The notes below the pieces were generated by a model. It made no database searches. It was given only the letters and a program-made list of their open reading frames with translations, and was not told the DNA's origin. DNA of 64,000 nucleotides from Felis catus (Eukaryota): positions 176,640,001 to 176,704,000 of the forward strand of contig NC_058368.1 of the NCBI RefSeq assembly GCF_018350175.1. Reading direction: 5' to 3'. How positions within the stretch are numbered: the stretch's first letter is position 1; each line of letters begins with the position of its first letter. Both the position numbers and the translations under genes were made by a program. Below, piece by piece: positions 23,621-36,489 of the stretch.

Positions 23621-23961
23621 CGTATGCCAGGCTGTGTCAGACAGCCTTGACCGATGTCTAGGCCCAGGGCTCAAGGTGCTCCTAGGGAGAATTTGGTCTT
23701 TTTCTTGGAAAGCTGTTTCGGAAAACTCAAGCCTGGTCACCCCTTTCTTCAAAAGAGGCCAAGCCAAGTGGCAATGGGGTGTCCTCATCTCACTGTGCTC
23801 TCATGATGGGCCAGCTCACCTGGCCTCTGTGAGGGCCTCTCCTCCCACTTCAGTGGGGAGAGGGGCCCTTGGGGGATGGAGCTGCTGAGGTGCCCAGCCT
23901 TGCCGTCAGTTCCTGGGGAGACTGGACGGAAGAGGCTGGCCTGGTTCCTTCCCTCCCTGGT

Positions 23962-24413
23962 TGTCCTGGGTTGACCTGTGTCCCCTTGAAATTCATACGT
24001 TGACATCCTATCCCTCAGTACCTCAAAATGTGACCTTGTTTGGAGATGGGGTCTTTACAGAGGTAATCAAGTTAAAGTGAAATCATTAGGGTGGGTCTCC
24101 ATTAGGGTAGGGAAATTGGGACCGACGGACATTTTCAGAGGGAGGACACACACGTATGACACCCCCCCCCACACACACACACACTCACACACACAGAACA
24201 CCAGGAAGATGCTGGGGAAGAACCCACCAGAAGTTAGGGGAGCGGCAGGAACACATTCTCCCTCGTGGACCTTGGAAGGCATGGATCCCCTCTCCCCCCC
24301 GCCCCCCCCCCAACACACCTGGATCTCAGACTCCCGGCTGAAGAGCTGTGAGACACTACATTTCTGCTGCTGGAATGACTCCGTTTGTCACGCACATCTA
24401 GCAAACCAAGGCA
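23962..24413 (+). mobile_element. MLT1B/C-like MaLR solo LTR with internal (CA)n and C-runs
   Basis: 'tgtcctgggttgacctgtgtccccttgaaattcat...gtacctcaaaatgtgaccttgtttgga...cattagggtggg', end 'ctagcaaaccaaggca'. Confidence 0.88.
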
Positions 24414-25129
24414 TCAGCCTTCTCTGCGAGGGGAGGCCTTTGCTTGCCAGCAGTCTGCGGCCCCTGGCCCCCGGCAAATAAACCACCGAATAAGTGACAT
24501 CCCCATCCCGTCCTCCTGCCGGCCACTGAGGGTTACTTTGGCGACTGCCCTCATTTCTCAGGTGGGGAAGCAGGAAGAGGGGCCATCTGCCAGGGTGTGG
24601 CAGGCCTAGGATGTAGACCCAATTCGCTCCTCTTTGGGGCTCAAATACATCACTGCCACGCGCCTCTGCTTTCCAGGAGGAACAAAAGTGGCGACCGAGG
24701 CACGGGTGCCTTCACTGTCTGGACAGCCTCTGGCCACTGGTGCACCAAGCCTTTGTGGAGCCCTCGCCGGCTGCCATGCCAGGGCCCGCTGGGCTCAGGC
24801 TGGCCACGGGCCCCACACCCTGGAGTTTCACTTCCTACAAGGCGCCTGAGCCACCAGTGAGGTGTGCCCTGACCCCGTATAGAGCAGGAAGCCTCCAGAG
24901 AGCCTTCAGCCCAGTCTGCACCCCTCTCCCCATCACAGCCTCCTGCTTCTCACCCCCCCCCCCCAACCCAGGGCAGGAGGAGCAAAGGAGACAACGCGTA
25001 CAATCCGTTTAGTGCAGTGCTGAACATACAATCCATGCTCAGTAAGTGGAGGCTACCATTATTATTGTTATCATGGTTATTCGTGATTATCACGTGCCCA
25101 CATGGCAAGGACGGAGAAGGACAAGATCG

Positions 25130-25300
25130 CAACCTTGGGTTCAATGCCCGGCTCTGTCTCTTCCGGCTGTGTGACTCTGGACAAGTACTCCACCCCTCGG
25201 AGCCTCAGTGCCCTCATCTGTACAGTGGGGATAACAGCCCTCACCTCGAAGAACTGTCAGAAGAAGTGGACAAGGAAGCATGTACGGAGCTGCCTGGTAG
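25130..25300 (+). mobile_element. MIR SINE
   Basis: 'gggttcaatgcccggctctg...ggagcctcagtgccctcatctgtacagtggggataac'. Confidence 0.85.
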
Positions 25301-26329
25301 CTGGTTGGAATGAAAAAGCAAACAAACAAAGACCGTCTCCTGCTGCCAAGCTGCTCCCCTCCTCCCAGGGAGCATATCGAACAGAACGATGCAGGTGAAG
25401 GCCCCTGGCACAGAGCGGCTGTTCAGTAGTGTTGGAACCTGAACAGACAAGCCGAGTGTTTGTGGAAGATGCGTGTTGGTGTTGCACGGGCGCGTGTGTG
25501 TCCCTGTGACGCCATCCTCTGGCCCAGCTCCTCTGGTTCGCCCACGCGTATGGCGTGTTATGCTTCTGCTCAGGGGACAGATTAGGAAAGAGATCTGGCT
25601 TATCTTTCAGGGGTGACAAGGCCTGTCCCAGGCCCTGCCTTGCAGAGGATCCACTTGCCAACAGCAACCCCCAAGACAAACCTCCGGGGAACCCCTGGGT
25701 GCCGTTCTGGGTAGGGTGAAAAGCGGGCTGGTGTTCTCCTTGCTTGTTTGTTGGGCGTGTAACCTCCCAGGATGGTCACCTGCTGCTTCTGCTGCCCGGC
25801 CCGGTGGGTGACAAGCACAGGAGAGGGGAAGATGTTTGTCATCACTCTGTCTCTGCCCCTGGTCCTCGGGGCCCTCCCCTAGAAGGGAGCTGGCCCCCTG
25901 TCTGATGGGAGCTGGGAGGAGGGGGTGTCCTCAGTGTGATAGATGGTGACACTGAGCCCACAAAGGAGGCACAGTTCATAAGAAGCTAAAGCAGCAAACA
26001 GACCCAGGACCTCTGATTCCTGTGCAGCTGGCTTTCTGCTAAACTCCCCTCTGCACAGGGAGGACCAACTGGAGGCCGGAGCTGGGGGTTACGTGCTGTC
26101 CTCCCTCAGTCACTACGGGGCAGCAGCCCCACTGCCCCCAGTGGCAGAAACGCCAACCGTCTGCGTCTCCTTAGCACCTGAGTCCCTGCCATCAGGGCCG
26201 AACACCCTGATGGGGGCGATGGGGGCCAGAAGTTGCTGGCCGGGTGCTCTCTTTGCCCCAGCCAATCAAATGGGTGACCGTGGGCTTTAATCACGAGGGA
26301 CCCAGAGTCCGGCCCCTCCTTCCGCCCAT

Positions 26330-27050
26330 ATTCCCCCCGCTGCCGGCACCCCTCTCTTGCCTGGATGGCTGCCAGAGCCTCCACGCTGGTCTCTCTGCTG
26401 CCTGCCCTGAAAATCTATTCTCTGCCCAGCAGCCAGTGGGACCCTTCCTTCAGAAACATAAGGCAGAGCAGGTCTCTCCCGGCTCAGAGGCCTGCGATGA
26501 TGGCCCCACCAGGGCAGAGTAAAGGCCCTGTGGTGGTCTGCAAGGCCCCTTTCAGACCTCTTAACCCACACGTCTCCCCCCACTCAGCTCTGGCCCTGCT
26601 GGCCCCTCTGCTGCTCCGTCAGCCACCAGCTACATCCTCCACTACGGCTGGGCCCTGAGCCTGGATCTTTCTCTTCCCGGCTGCGGGCCCAGCTCCTCCC
26701 TTCCCTCTTCCAGGATGCCAGGATCATCCCCGGCCCCCACCGCCTCCTTATTTCATTCGGCGACTGCTCCCTGATCCCTTGCAAGCCGGATCCCTTTATC
26801 CTGTTTTTCTGTTGGCGGTTTAGTTTGGCTTTGTTTCGCCCGTAGCCCTTATCACCTAACACGGCACGTAACTTCTTTATCATCGTTACTGTTTGTTGCC
26901 CATCTCTGCCAACCCTGCCTCTGCTGCAGTGCCAGCTGCTGGAGGGCAGGGGTCTGTGTCCCGTTCACTCATGTGTCCCCAGCACCTAAAACGGTGCCTA
27001 GACCCTTGGAAGGAACTCGTGAATATTTGCCGAAGCAGTCAGCGAATGGC
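26330..27050 (+). mobile_element. L2 (L2a-like) 3' region
   Basis: 'cagcagccagtgggaccc', 'gagggcaggggtctgtgtcccgttcactcatgtgtccccagcacctaaaacggtgcct...aatatttgccgaa'. Confidence 0.75.
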
Positions 27051-27399
27051 CACAAGAGACGATGTGGCTGGGTGGGAAGAAGGACTTACTAGGAGAGCCC
27101 CAAGGCGAGCTGTGACAGAGGCCTCTAGGGGAGTCACTACAGGGTTCCCTCGTGGCTGGAGGCCCAGTCCCACAGTCTCTCCAGAGCTGTCTGCTGCCTC
27201 TGATGAGACCACCGCCCCCTCGAGAGGGAGAACCTCTGGAGATATTGGTCTGAGAGACGGCACGTGGAAGGAAAAGAACGGACTCTGGAATCGGCGGGAC
27301 CTGGGCGAGGACCTCGGCTTCTGGACTGCCTTGCTGTTGTTGCCTCGCTGTTCCTCGTCTGTGAAGTGGGGTGATGGCTCTAGCTCAGGGAGGTGTCAG

Positions 27400-27870
27400 A
27401 GTCGGCACACCCATTATTGCCCCCGTCTTTGCCGGCCCGGCACATGCGCAATCTCACTCGGCAGCGCAGGGGGAGGGGGGGACTCCTGTTGTTTCCATTT
27501 TACGGTTGAGGAAACCAAGGATCCGAGGGGCGGAGTCACTCGTCCAAGGTCACCCGGCAACGGAGCACACAGGGATGGAGCTGGGATCGGAACCCAAGCC
27601 CGTCAGATTCCAGGGCACCCCCAGTGGTAACGTACCTGGTTAGTGAGCGTAACTTGGCCGGTTCCGCACATACGCCACGTCCTCTAAAATCCTCCTCGAC
27701 CATTCTGAGGTGTTAAGTAATATCATCATCCCATTTTATAGGTGAGAAAATGGAGGGTGAGAGGCTGGGCAACTTGCCCATCATCCCAGAACTGCCAAGA
27801 GGTGGGAGCAGGGTCTTGAAGGCAAATCTTTCCTGAACAGCAACTATGTAAGTCGGATTTCCCCGGGATG
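27400..27870 (-). mobile_element. Two tandem MIR SINEs
   Basis: 'ccattttacggttgaggaaaccaagg' and 'atccccattttataggtgagaaaatggagg...acttgccca'. Confidence 0.75.
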
Positions 27871-28389
27871 TGAGGCCATGAGGGGCACTGCTGGGCTAGC
27901 TCGCTGCTCTCCTCTGTGTCCCTCGTGGGGTCAAGCGTAGGCCTGTGTGGCTGGCTGGGTGGGGCCCTGGTGGTGGAACTCATGCCCAGCCTCACCTGGT
28001 CTAGGTGGCCAGCCCCTTCCTAGCGGCCTTCTCTATTGCCCCTGGAGCTCCCTTGCTGCGTTTCTAGTCTATTCTTTATCTTTCTGGTTCCTTGGACCAA
28101 ACCAGGACGTGAAGGCCACTCCCCTTCTCCCACCAACACTAGCTTAGGCTCACCACCGTCTCCTCAGGATGAAGGCTGCCCTACCTTCTCTCTCTTACTG
28201 CCTGTTCCGTAGATCCATTTTAACCAGCTCATGGCAGACCAGCAGACTTCTTTGTCACCGTGGCAGAAGAGGGGGAATGTAGCTGGCACAGTGCTTGGCA
28301 CTCAGTAGGCGCTAAATAAATGTCTGGCCCTGCCAACCTCTATGCCTTTCTTTCCTATCTGCCTCTCCTGGGTTCTCCTTTTAGCCTCA

Positions 28390-28820
28390 CTGTCCTGTTC
28401 CCTATTCCTGGGCAACACTAAGCTTGTTCCTACCCCAGGGCCTTTGCATTACTGTTTCCTCTGACTGGCATGCATGTCCCTAAGATCTCCACCCTCATTG
28501 TCTCCTTTCTGTCATTTAGGACTCTGCTCAAATATCACCTCCTCAAAGATGCTTTCTCTGACCTCCCAGTCTAAGGTTGTGACCCTCCCCCCCAGCCCTG
28601 GTAGCTCTCTACCAGCTGTTTGATTTTCTTCATAGTATTTACCATTTTCTGAAATCACAATATTAACATTTATATTTTCTTTGCCCTTCTCCATAAAGGT
28701 TTAGCTCCATGAGTTCAGGGACCTTGATACTCACATCTGCCCCTATGTCCCCAGCCCCGGGAGCCATGCCCGGTCGGTAGGAAGCAAGCTCTAAGTATCA
28801 GACCAGCACACAAATGAAGA
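28390..28820 (+). mobile_element. L2 3' region
   Basis: 'ccagggcctttgcattactgtttcctctg...ctctgctcaaatatcacctcctca...tagctccatgagttcaggg'. Confidence 0.8.
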
Positions 28821-29242
28821 AACGCAGAAACTCTGAGGGTATAATGTTACGTCCGAAGTGGCTGGTCTTGAAAGAAAATAGTTCTTCGAGATTTTACCCT
28901 TTATTTTCTTAAAACTTCATGTAAGTTTTTCCTTTTGATGCATTCTCTCTGTGTTTGTGTTAATTTTTTAATGGGTTTTTCCCCCTTCAAAAAGATGAGG
29001 AAAATTATTGAATGCTCTGGGAAGACGGATGTCATTTCTCCTACATCCTTGTGAACCCTTGAGCTGTGTTGGAGAATGATGGATCCAGCCCAAGTCCCGG
29101 CCAAGTACACAGACTCTGTGTGGGTGAGGCCGTGGGATAACAGTCCCTCCTGTGCACTGCCCATGGGGCGTAGACTGGACCAGCCATTTGGGAGGACAAT
29201 TTGGCAGGATCCAATTAAATGGAAAATGTTTCGACTCAAAAC

Positions 29243-29756
29243 TGTGGTGAATTGATTGCAAAAAATGGCCTCAATGCTTCCCCTCCCCATATCCATATCT
29301 TTTGCAATGTGTCTTGCCACTCTTCTTATCAAGAGGTGGATTTTATTTCCCCATCCTTTGAGTCTAGGTGGCCTTGTGACCTGTTTTGGCCAGTAGAACA
29401 GAATGGGGTGTGCCAGTTCTGAGCCCAGGTTTCAAAAGGCCCCACTCTCTCTCTTGGACCCCCTCCTCCACCATGAGAACAAGCCCAGCCTGATCTGATT
29501 GAGGGAGAGAGGCCATCTAGAGCAGAGATGAGTTGTCTCGGCTATGGCCATTCAAGACCAGCCGGCCCCCAGCTCACCTGCCAGCTGACCTCAGACACAT
29601 AAGTAAGCACAGCCACAACCAGCTGAGCTGGGACTAGGGCTATGGAACTGCCCGACCACCATATTGATGAGTGAGAAAGAATAATGATTGTTGTTCTAAG
29701 TCACTAAGTTTCGGCTTGTTACACAGCATTATTGTTGGCAATAGATAACTGATCCA
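29243..29756 (+). mobile_element. MLT1G/H-like MaLR solo LTR inside an old L1
   Basis: TG...CA ends ('tgtggtgaattgattgcaaaaaatggcc' ... 'ggcaatagataactgatcca'); 5-bp TSD aaaac / acaac. Confidence 0.88.
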
Positions 29757-29759
29757 ACA

Positions 29760-31430
29760 ACCTGATGGCTCCACTCCCTGGAATCTGCCTTGAGAAACAC
29801 ACACATGGCAACAAAGGAGGCTGGGACAGGATGTTAGCTGCACCACGGTTTGCAACAGCCAACACTAGAAGCAAACATAAATATCCCACAGCAGGGGAAT
29901 TGATTCACAGACTGATTCATCCTAACAGTGGAATTCTAAGTAACTAAAAAGAATAGGACAGATCTATGTGTCGTCACGTGGCAAGTCCTCTAAGACAGTC
30001 TGATGACTGGAAAAAGCGAGCGGAAGAATAATTTGTAGAGTATTGTATCATAAATGATATAAATAAATGCTGGGTATTTACTATGAGACCATGTCTACAA
30101 ATATAAAAATGGGCCTTTGAGGAGAAGCAGGGGGATTAGGAAGGAGCCGTTGGTGTAGTCAAGGGGGTCTCGAGTCTCACACAAAATGGTTGGATATTCT
30201 TATCAAATGAATTCATTTATTTACATATGTTGCTCACATAATGAACAATTCAAGTTTAAAAAGTTAGGAGAGACAGAGATTATGGCATATGGTCCTCGAA
30301 TTCCCTCCCAACTTTCCATGGTCTCCTCATGAGAAAGTCCAAGACCTGGTTCAGAACTCCCCACATTTCATTTTGAAAACCCCATGAAAGGTGTGAGCCT
30401 GTGAAAGATGCTTCACATTAGCAAGCACCAGAGAAATACAAATTTGAAACCACAATAAGATACCACTACCTGCCACCTGAATGGCTAAAATTAAAAAGAT
30501 TGCCAATACCAAGTGTTGGCAAGGAAACGGGCAACTGAACTCTTGGACATAGCTGATGGAAACGTAAAATGGTACAACCACTTTGAGAAAAGATCCAGAA
30601 GCTTCTTTTTTTTTTAAATTTACTTTTTAAAACTTGTTATTGAAGCATAGTCAACACACAATGTGACGTTAGTTTCCGGTGGACAAACATAGTGATTCAA
30701 CAAGTCTATACGTTAAGCGATGCTCACCACAAGTAAGGCTGCCATCTGTCACCATACAACACTCTTATGATACCACTGACTATATTCTCTATGCTGTACC
30801 TTTTATCCCTGTGAATTTATAGTCTGGAAGTTTCTTAAAAAACTAAGCGTACACTTACCATATGACCCAGCATCTCCACTTTCTGGTATTTGCTCAAGAG
30901 AAACAAAAACATATATTCACCTTCAAGGCTTGTACAAAAGCATTCGTAGCAGCTACAGCCATAAGAGCCCCAAGATAGAAGCAACCTAAAATGGTGAACA
31001 ACAAAGGAAGGGATAAATCCATTGTGTCATATCCACATAAAGGCCTACAACTCAGCAGTGAAAGGGAATGGACCATCGGCACACGCAACAAGGCCGGCGA
31101 GCTTCGGAAGCATCGTGTTGCACGGACACAGCCCTGATGCATAGGAATCTGTACCGGAAATGTTAGAAATTTTACATGCAGGTGAAATGTTAGGAAAGGT
31201 GAAACTAACATATAGAGACCGAAGAAGGATTAGTAGTTATACGGGAGTGGGGGGGGGGGGCGGGCAGAGGTAGAGGGTATTCACAGAGAGGGGGATGGAA
31301 ATGTCCTATATCTTGACTGGGTTGGTGGTTTTATGGGTTTATAGCTTTATGGGGGTTTTATGCAAACTAACTGAAGTGTACTCTTACACGCATGCATTTT
31401 ATTGTGTGTAGATTATTTCTCAATAAAGCT
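29760..31430 (+). mobile_element. Old L1 (L1MC/ME-like) 3' fragments
   Basis: 'aatggctaaaattaaaaaga...aataccaagtgttggcaagg', 'ttaccatatgacccagca', end 'attgtgtgtagattattttctcaataaag'. Confidence 0.8.
30607..30820 (-). mobile_element. 5'-truncated carnivore L1 (L1_Carn-like) 3' end
   Basis: poly-T then 'attgaagcatagtcaacacacaatg...catagtgattcaac...atctgtcaccatacaac'; degenerate TSD tccagaagcttctt / tctggaagtttctt. Confidence 0.8.
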
Positions 31431-32853
31431 AAGAGCCTGCAAAAGACTTCACTCATCCGTCCCAGGGCTGCTGCCTCCTTAATCGGGAGAAAAACAGCAA
31501 GCAGCGTTTTCGTGCCTCCTTTTTCAGGCTCTTGGGCCAGTCTGCCAAGACAATGAGTAATTAGCCGTGCAAGAGTCTTGGATATAGAGCCAAAAACAAC
31601 AGCAGTGTCATATCAAACGCCAAGACATCTCCGGCTGAGAGCTGAGCTCAGCCGCCCCCACCCCCAACAGGGCCACAGCCACCCGCAGAAGCAAAACAGC
31701 CCCATGGGGCAGAGCACAATCAGGGGTGCCTTCCTCCACCGAGTGTTGGCCATTCCGGGTCTCCCACGGCAGACCCAACCACCAGGATGTTGCCAGTGTC
31801 ATGGTGGCCCACAATGGTAACAAGCCCTCCCTGTGTGCCAGCCAATGTGCTAGGCCCTTTCCATAGTCCCATTCATTTTCTCCTCCCGCCATGCCCAGGC
31901 TACAGGTGAGGAAAGTGAGGCTCAGAGAGGTGTCTGGCCGATGGAGGAGGGATCCCAAACTGCCTGACTCCTTCCCACCTCCAGCCCCCTAGGGGCTTAG
32001 AGTCTTCTGGTACAGAAAACACTCCCCTAGCCCACCTCTAACAGCAGTCTCTAAACTCCCTCTCTTCAAAACAGACCTGAGTCCCTAGCCCCCCAGCCCC
32101 CCCTCCCTTTCCCTGTTCGTGGAAGAATGACCAGGCTGGGCTCGTTCTGAGCCCTCCCAGGCCGGTCTGCCATTCTCCTAAAGCAGCATTGTTCTTTCCT
32201 CACGCAAATATCCCTCCTGAGGGAGGCCTTGAGGAAGAAGGGAAGGATGCTGGGGATTTCTGGCCCGAGAAGGATGGTGTTGGGAGGAGGGTGTCTGGGG
32301 GCCCTGGCGTCACATCCTGCCCCTCTCAGAGGCCCAGAGTCTGGAGGAGAGCACGGCAGGACATGGGGCTGTGGTCTGGGAGAGGCAAGCTTCTTGCAAG
32401 TGGTGGACGCTACCCGGGCCATAGCCTCAAGAAGGAGCCTTCTAGAATCTTCCCCTGCATGCTTTGCTTACAACTTGTCCACTCAATGTCAGGTCCAAGC
32501 TTCTTAGCAGAGCCTTCTGAGCCCTGCACATTCTTGGCCAAACTTTCCAACATCTGAGACCAGAACTAGCCCTCAGGGAGACTCTCCACGAAGCGTAAGC
32601 TACAACATGTACTTTCTGGAGGCAGTAGACCTATTGGTTAGCGGCCAGATGTAGAAATCCAAACAGTGTCTCCTGTGTGTCCTTGGGCAACTCTCTCAAC
32701 CTCCCTGATCTCTGGAAATGAGTATGATAATGGACCTAGGGTGATTGAAGGTATTCAATGGGATCGCATGTACCTTTCTCAACCTTCTCAATCTGCAACC
32801 TGGAAAAACTTTCTACCTGTTAAGTGCTTATTCCCATCAATAAGGCTCAATCA

Positions 32854-32887
<34 letters not shown>

Positions 32888-33807
32888 TGGAAAGCCACCA
32901 GACATAAGACCCCAGACTACAGGACCATACCTCACTCTGACTCTATGACCATCCGAGGGCTGTGTGGAGTTGGTGCACGTGATGGAGAGAAGCCCAGCTG
33001 GGCTGCTCTGAGGTTTAAGTGTGTAAATACTAATGGGTGCTTAAAACAGCTCTCAGCACATAGTGAGTATTCAGGGAAGGTCCGTAAGCCCTTCTAGGGG
33101 AGAACGGGGCTTTATTTCCATCAGCATCCCTGTGAGTAGCCTGGCACACAGTAGGATCCTTACTTGGAGGAAGAGGGTCTTGCCTTTGAGACAGGGATAA
33201 CAACTCTCAGCAGCCCTTGGAGGGTTTGTGATTTAGCCCACATCAGTTTTATGTGTCAACCTAACTCTGGCTCGGCTTAGGCCTGTCAAACACTGGGGTA
33301 AGAGGAGCAGACCGTGATCCTGAAAACGCCCCAATCCAAAATCATTCCTATTTCCAGGACACGCACAGGACGGCTGAGATAAATACTGGTGGTTTATCAC
33401 AGGAAGGTTCAGCTGGGCTCGGGAAGAGTGAGCATACATGCGTATGCAGCCAGCTAATTTATGGTGACCTGAGCCAAGCGCCAGAGTGAGGCCATTTATC
33501 TACGTGGTTGGAGGAGAGGTCAAGAGAGAGAAGTCAGAGATTAAGCTAAACACGTGACTTGAGTGGAGACAGGAGCTCAGTGCGGCCGTTAACTCCTAAG
33601 GTGTCTTCTTTCCATGTGTCCTTAGGGGATACCATTGTGAGCCCCTTGTGAAGAGAACCCACGTGTCATGGGGAACTCCTTCTTGGGGACAGCTCTGGCC
33701 CAGGGCAGCAGCAGAGGCCCAGGACATTCTCAGCCTCCTATAATTGCCAAAGGGAAGCACAGCCAGTAGGAGGGAAGCTGAACGGCTGGGAACAAGAGCT
33801 CATAACG

Positions 33808-34018
33808 GGGGCGCCTGGGTGGCTCGTCGGATCAGCGTCCGACTTCGGCTCAGGTCGTGATCTCGCGGTTTGTGAGTTCAAGCCCCGCATCGGGCTCTGT
33901 GGTGATGGCTCAGAGCCTGGAGCCGGCTTCGGATTCTGTGTCTCCCTCTCTCTGACCCTCCCCCGTTCTTGCTCTGTCTCCCTCTGTCTCAAAAATAAAT
34001 AAAACATTAAAAAAAAAA
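33808..34018 (+). mobile_element. Can-SINE (SINEC_Fc type), full length
   Basis: TSD aagagctcataa[c/t]g at 33794-33807 and 34019-34032. Confidence 0.96.
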
Positions 34019-34329
34019 AAGAGCTCATAATGGAAGAAGACCAGGCGAAATGGAACCACAGTCCAACTCCTACACCACTGCTGCCTCAGTGATGCGGACT
34101 GTCACAGCTCACCTGAAAATAACCTTCCAAGGGATATTCCTGCTCCCGTTCTACCCGCCCAGAACAAAAGCTAAAGTGCAGCCATGCCATCATAACCTGC
34201 CCCGTGGTAACTTCATGGTCCCCTTCCTCAGTGCAGCTTCTTTTATCATTTCATTGACTTTCAACAACAAAATCTATGGGGTTTTATACTCCTGCCTATC
34301 TTGGATCCCATTTATGGCATCATGGCAAG

Positions 34330-34850
34330 GTTTCACTGTACCCCCATTATCTCCTCCCTTTTATATCACAACCCTATTCTCTCTCCTCACGCGCTGTGCT
34401 CCAGCCACACTGGTCTCCTTGGTTTATCTCTAACATTCCAAGCACACTTGTACCTCAGGGCCTTTGCATTTGCTGTTCCCTCTGCTGGGGATGCTCTTCC
34501 AGGTAGACAGGCTTGCTTTCTCCTCAACTTTAGATCTCTGCTCAAATTATCATATTTTCAGTGAGGCCTTCCTGGAGCATCCTAGTTAGACCAGCACTCC
34601 CCTGCCCACACATATACGCACGCACACACACACACACACACACACACGCACCATCCCTATCACAGTCCATTTCTTCCCCTGCTTTATTTTTCTCCTTAGT
34701 ACTTAATGCCATCTGACATATCTCTATATCTGCTTACTATTAAACCTTTTTGGGACTAATGGCTACATCCCTGTGTGCAGTCCAATGTGTGACACATTGT
34801 AGGCACTCAGTACATATCTACTCAGCAAATGACTAATGATCAGTAATATT
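34330..34850 (+). mobile_element. L2a 3' region
   Basis: 'ctccagccacactgg...cctcagggcctttgcatttgctgttccctctgc...cagtgaggccttcc'. Confidence 0.85.
34607..34652. repeat. (CA)n microsatellite
   Basis: 'cacacatatacgcacgcacacacacacacacacacacacacgcac'. Confidence 0.9.
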
Positions 34851-34889
34851 TCATGTCTGCTTAATATGTATGTAGATAAGCATTTTATA

Positions 34890-35450
34890 CCTAATTTTAT
34901 TTAACACCCCCATAATGTTACAATGGAAATACTGCCTTGAGGCTCAGAGAGGTGAAGTGGCTTATCCATGGTCACACAGCTGGAATCAGGATTGAAACCC
35001 ACCCGGCACCAGAGTCTGAGCTCTCAGGCACCATCAAGAGCAGATATAACCACGGACGTGGTTAGAGAAGAACTATCCATGCCTCAACCCAGGGTATCCC
35101 AGGGGAAAGGCACCATGATCTGCAAAGAATGACGAAAAGCAAAGTATAGAAATATGTTTTTCTTGCAATGAAATGATTTGGGGGATTAAAGGGAAACTAA
35201 GTATCAAAAGCAAATTCCACCTAAAATGAAATGTGTTTGTTGAGAACTGCTACGTGCCGGGCATTGGCCAAGAGCTTCACATCCATGACCCTGTTTCTTC
35301 GCAATAACCCTGAGCCGCCCATACTGTTGTTATTACATTACAGTTGAGGAAAGCACAGCTCCGAGAGCGTGAGTAATTTACCTAAGGTCGCCAAATTACG
35401 GAACAGCCTATCCGTAAGCTTGCATCCAAAGCAAGCTAGCTTCCAAAGCT
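34890..35450 (-). mobile_element. Two MIR SINEs (34890-35030 and 35235-35450)
   Basis: 'gaggctcagagaggtgaagtggcttatccatggtcacacagctgg'; 'tacagttgaggaaagcacagctccgagag...aatttacctaaggtc'. Confidence 0.75.
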
Positions 35451-35714
35451 TGCATCATCTCCTCTTTCCAACTGTAGCCTCTAATACCTCGTTCCATTAG
35501 ACACGCAGTCAGAAGGTCCTAGATCGTCCCATGCACTTGCAAGGGACAGTCGTTCTCAGAACGATGCCTGGCATAAAGAATGCCGGGTGCTCAGGAAGGA
35601 TCTATTGGCCGGCTGGCAAGATGGATGGATGAATGAATCAATCAATGAACCAACAAACAAACGAATGATTTGAGTGGAAAGGGAGTGGTCTCCATCTGGA
35701 TAGCCTGATCTGAG

Positions 35715-35901
35715 CCCAGGCCGGCATCTCTAGAATACCAAGGTCAGCAGACCTGCTCCCTCGGAAACCTGCAGGCTTTAAATGTTGAGATTCGTGGATC
35801 CCTTGGCAGACCCTGAATTGGAAGACCTGAGGCCCAGGAAACTGAATTTTTAACACATTTTCCAGGAGACCCTGACATTCTCCAAAGCTTTGAGAAGCAC
35901 G
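35715..35901. mobile_element. MER5A-like hAT-Charlie
   Basis: 'ggcccaggaaactgaatttttaaca...ccaggaga...aaagctttgagaagcacgg'. Confidence 0.7.
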
Positions 35902-36279
35902 GGTCGAAGGTGAGCTCAGACACCCCAGCTGAGCTGAGGCCCGCTGAGTACACAGAGGCCAGCTGGAGACAGTCCAGGGAGAAGTGAGAGACATTAGCAA
36001 GAGTGAGGAAGATAACTTATTAGGAAAGATGGAAGGAATTAACGGGCAGTGTTTGTGTGAGAGAAAGCAGGAGCCACACATAAATCCTGGGGACGGCTGG
36101 CAGCCCAGGCTGAGAGGCATCATATATCCTGGTTGTGGGGACATTACTGGGCCTAATGGGGGCAGGAATTATACACGGGAAACTTGAACTCTGTGCCAGG
36201 GGGACATTTATAATGGACAGCTTAAACTGCTCGCCCATTATGACTTTGCAACAATATTCATCAGCTCTGGGCTCAGGCA

Positions 36280-36489
36280 GTCCTTAAAGAACGTCTCATC
36301 CATTTGTATTTAAGCTTTTGAGAAGTGTTGTGTTTTTTTTTAAAAGCAATGGATTCCTTTGTTCAAGTGAAATCTCACACATGATCCCAGCCTATAAGAC
36401 AAATGAAAATGAAGATGCTTCATCCATCTTCCTTAGGGGCATCTCCGCAGAACCCCGGGGTTCCAAAGAACCCAGCGTGAAAACCACTG
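36280..36489. mobile_element. hAT-Charlie-type fragment
   Basis: ends 'cagaaccccggggttccaaagaacccagcgtgaaaaccactg'. Confidence 0.55.

Noticed and set aside
26893..27630. 245-aa ORF
   Set aside because: Runs through an L2 tail and a MIR; no family resemblance.
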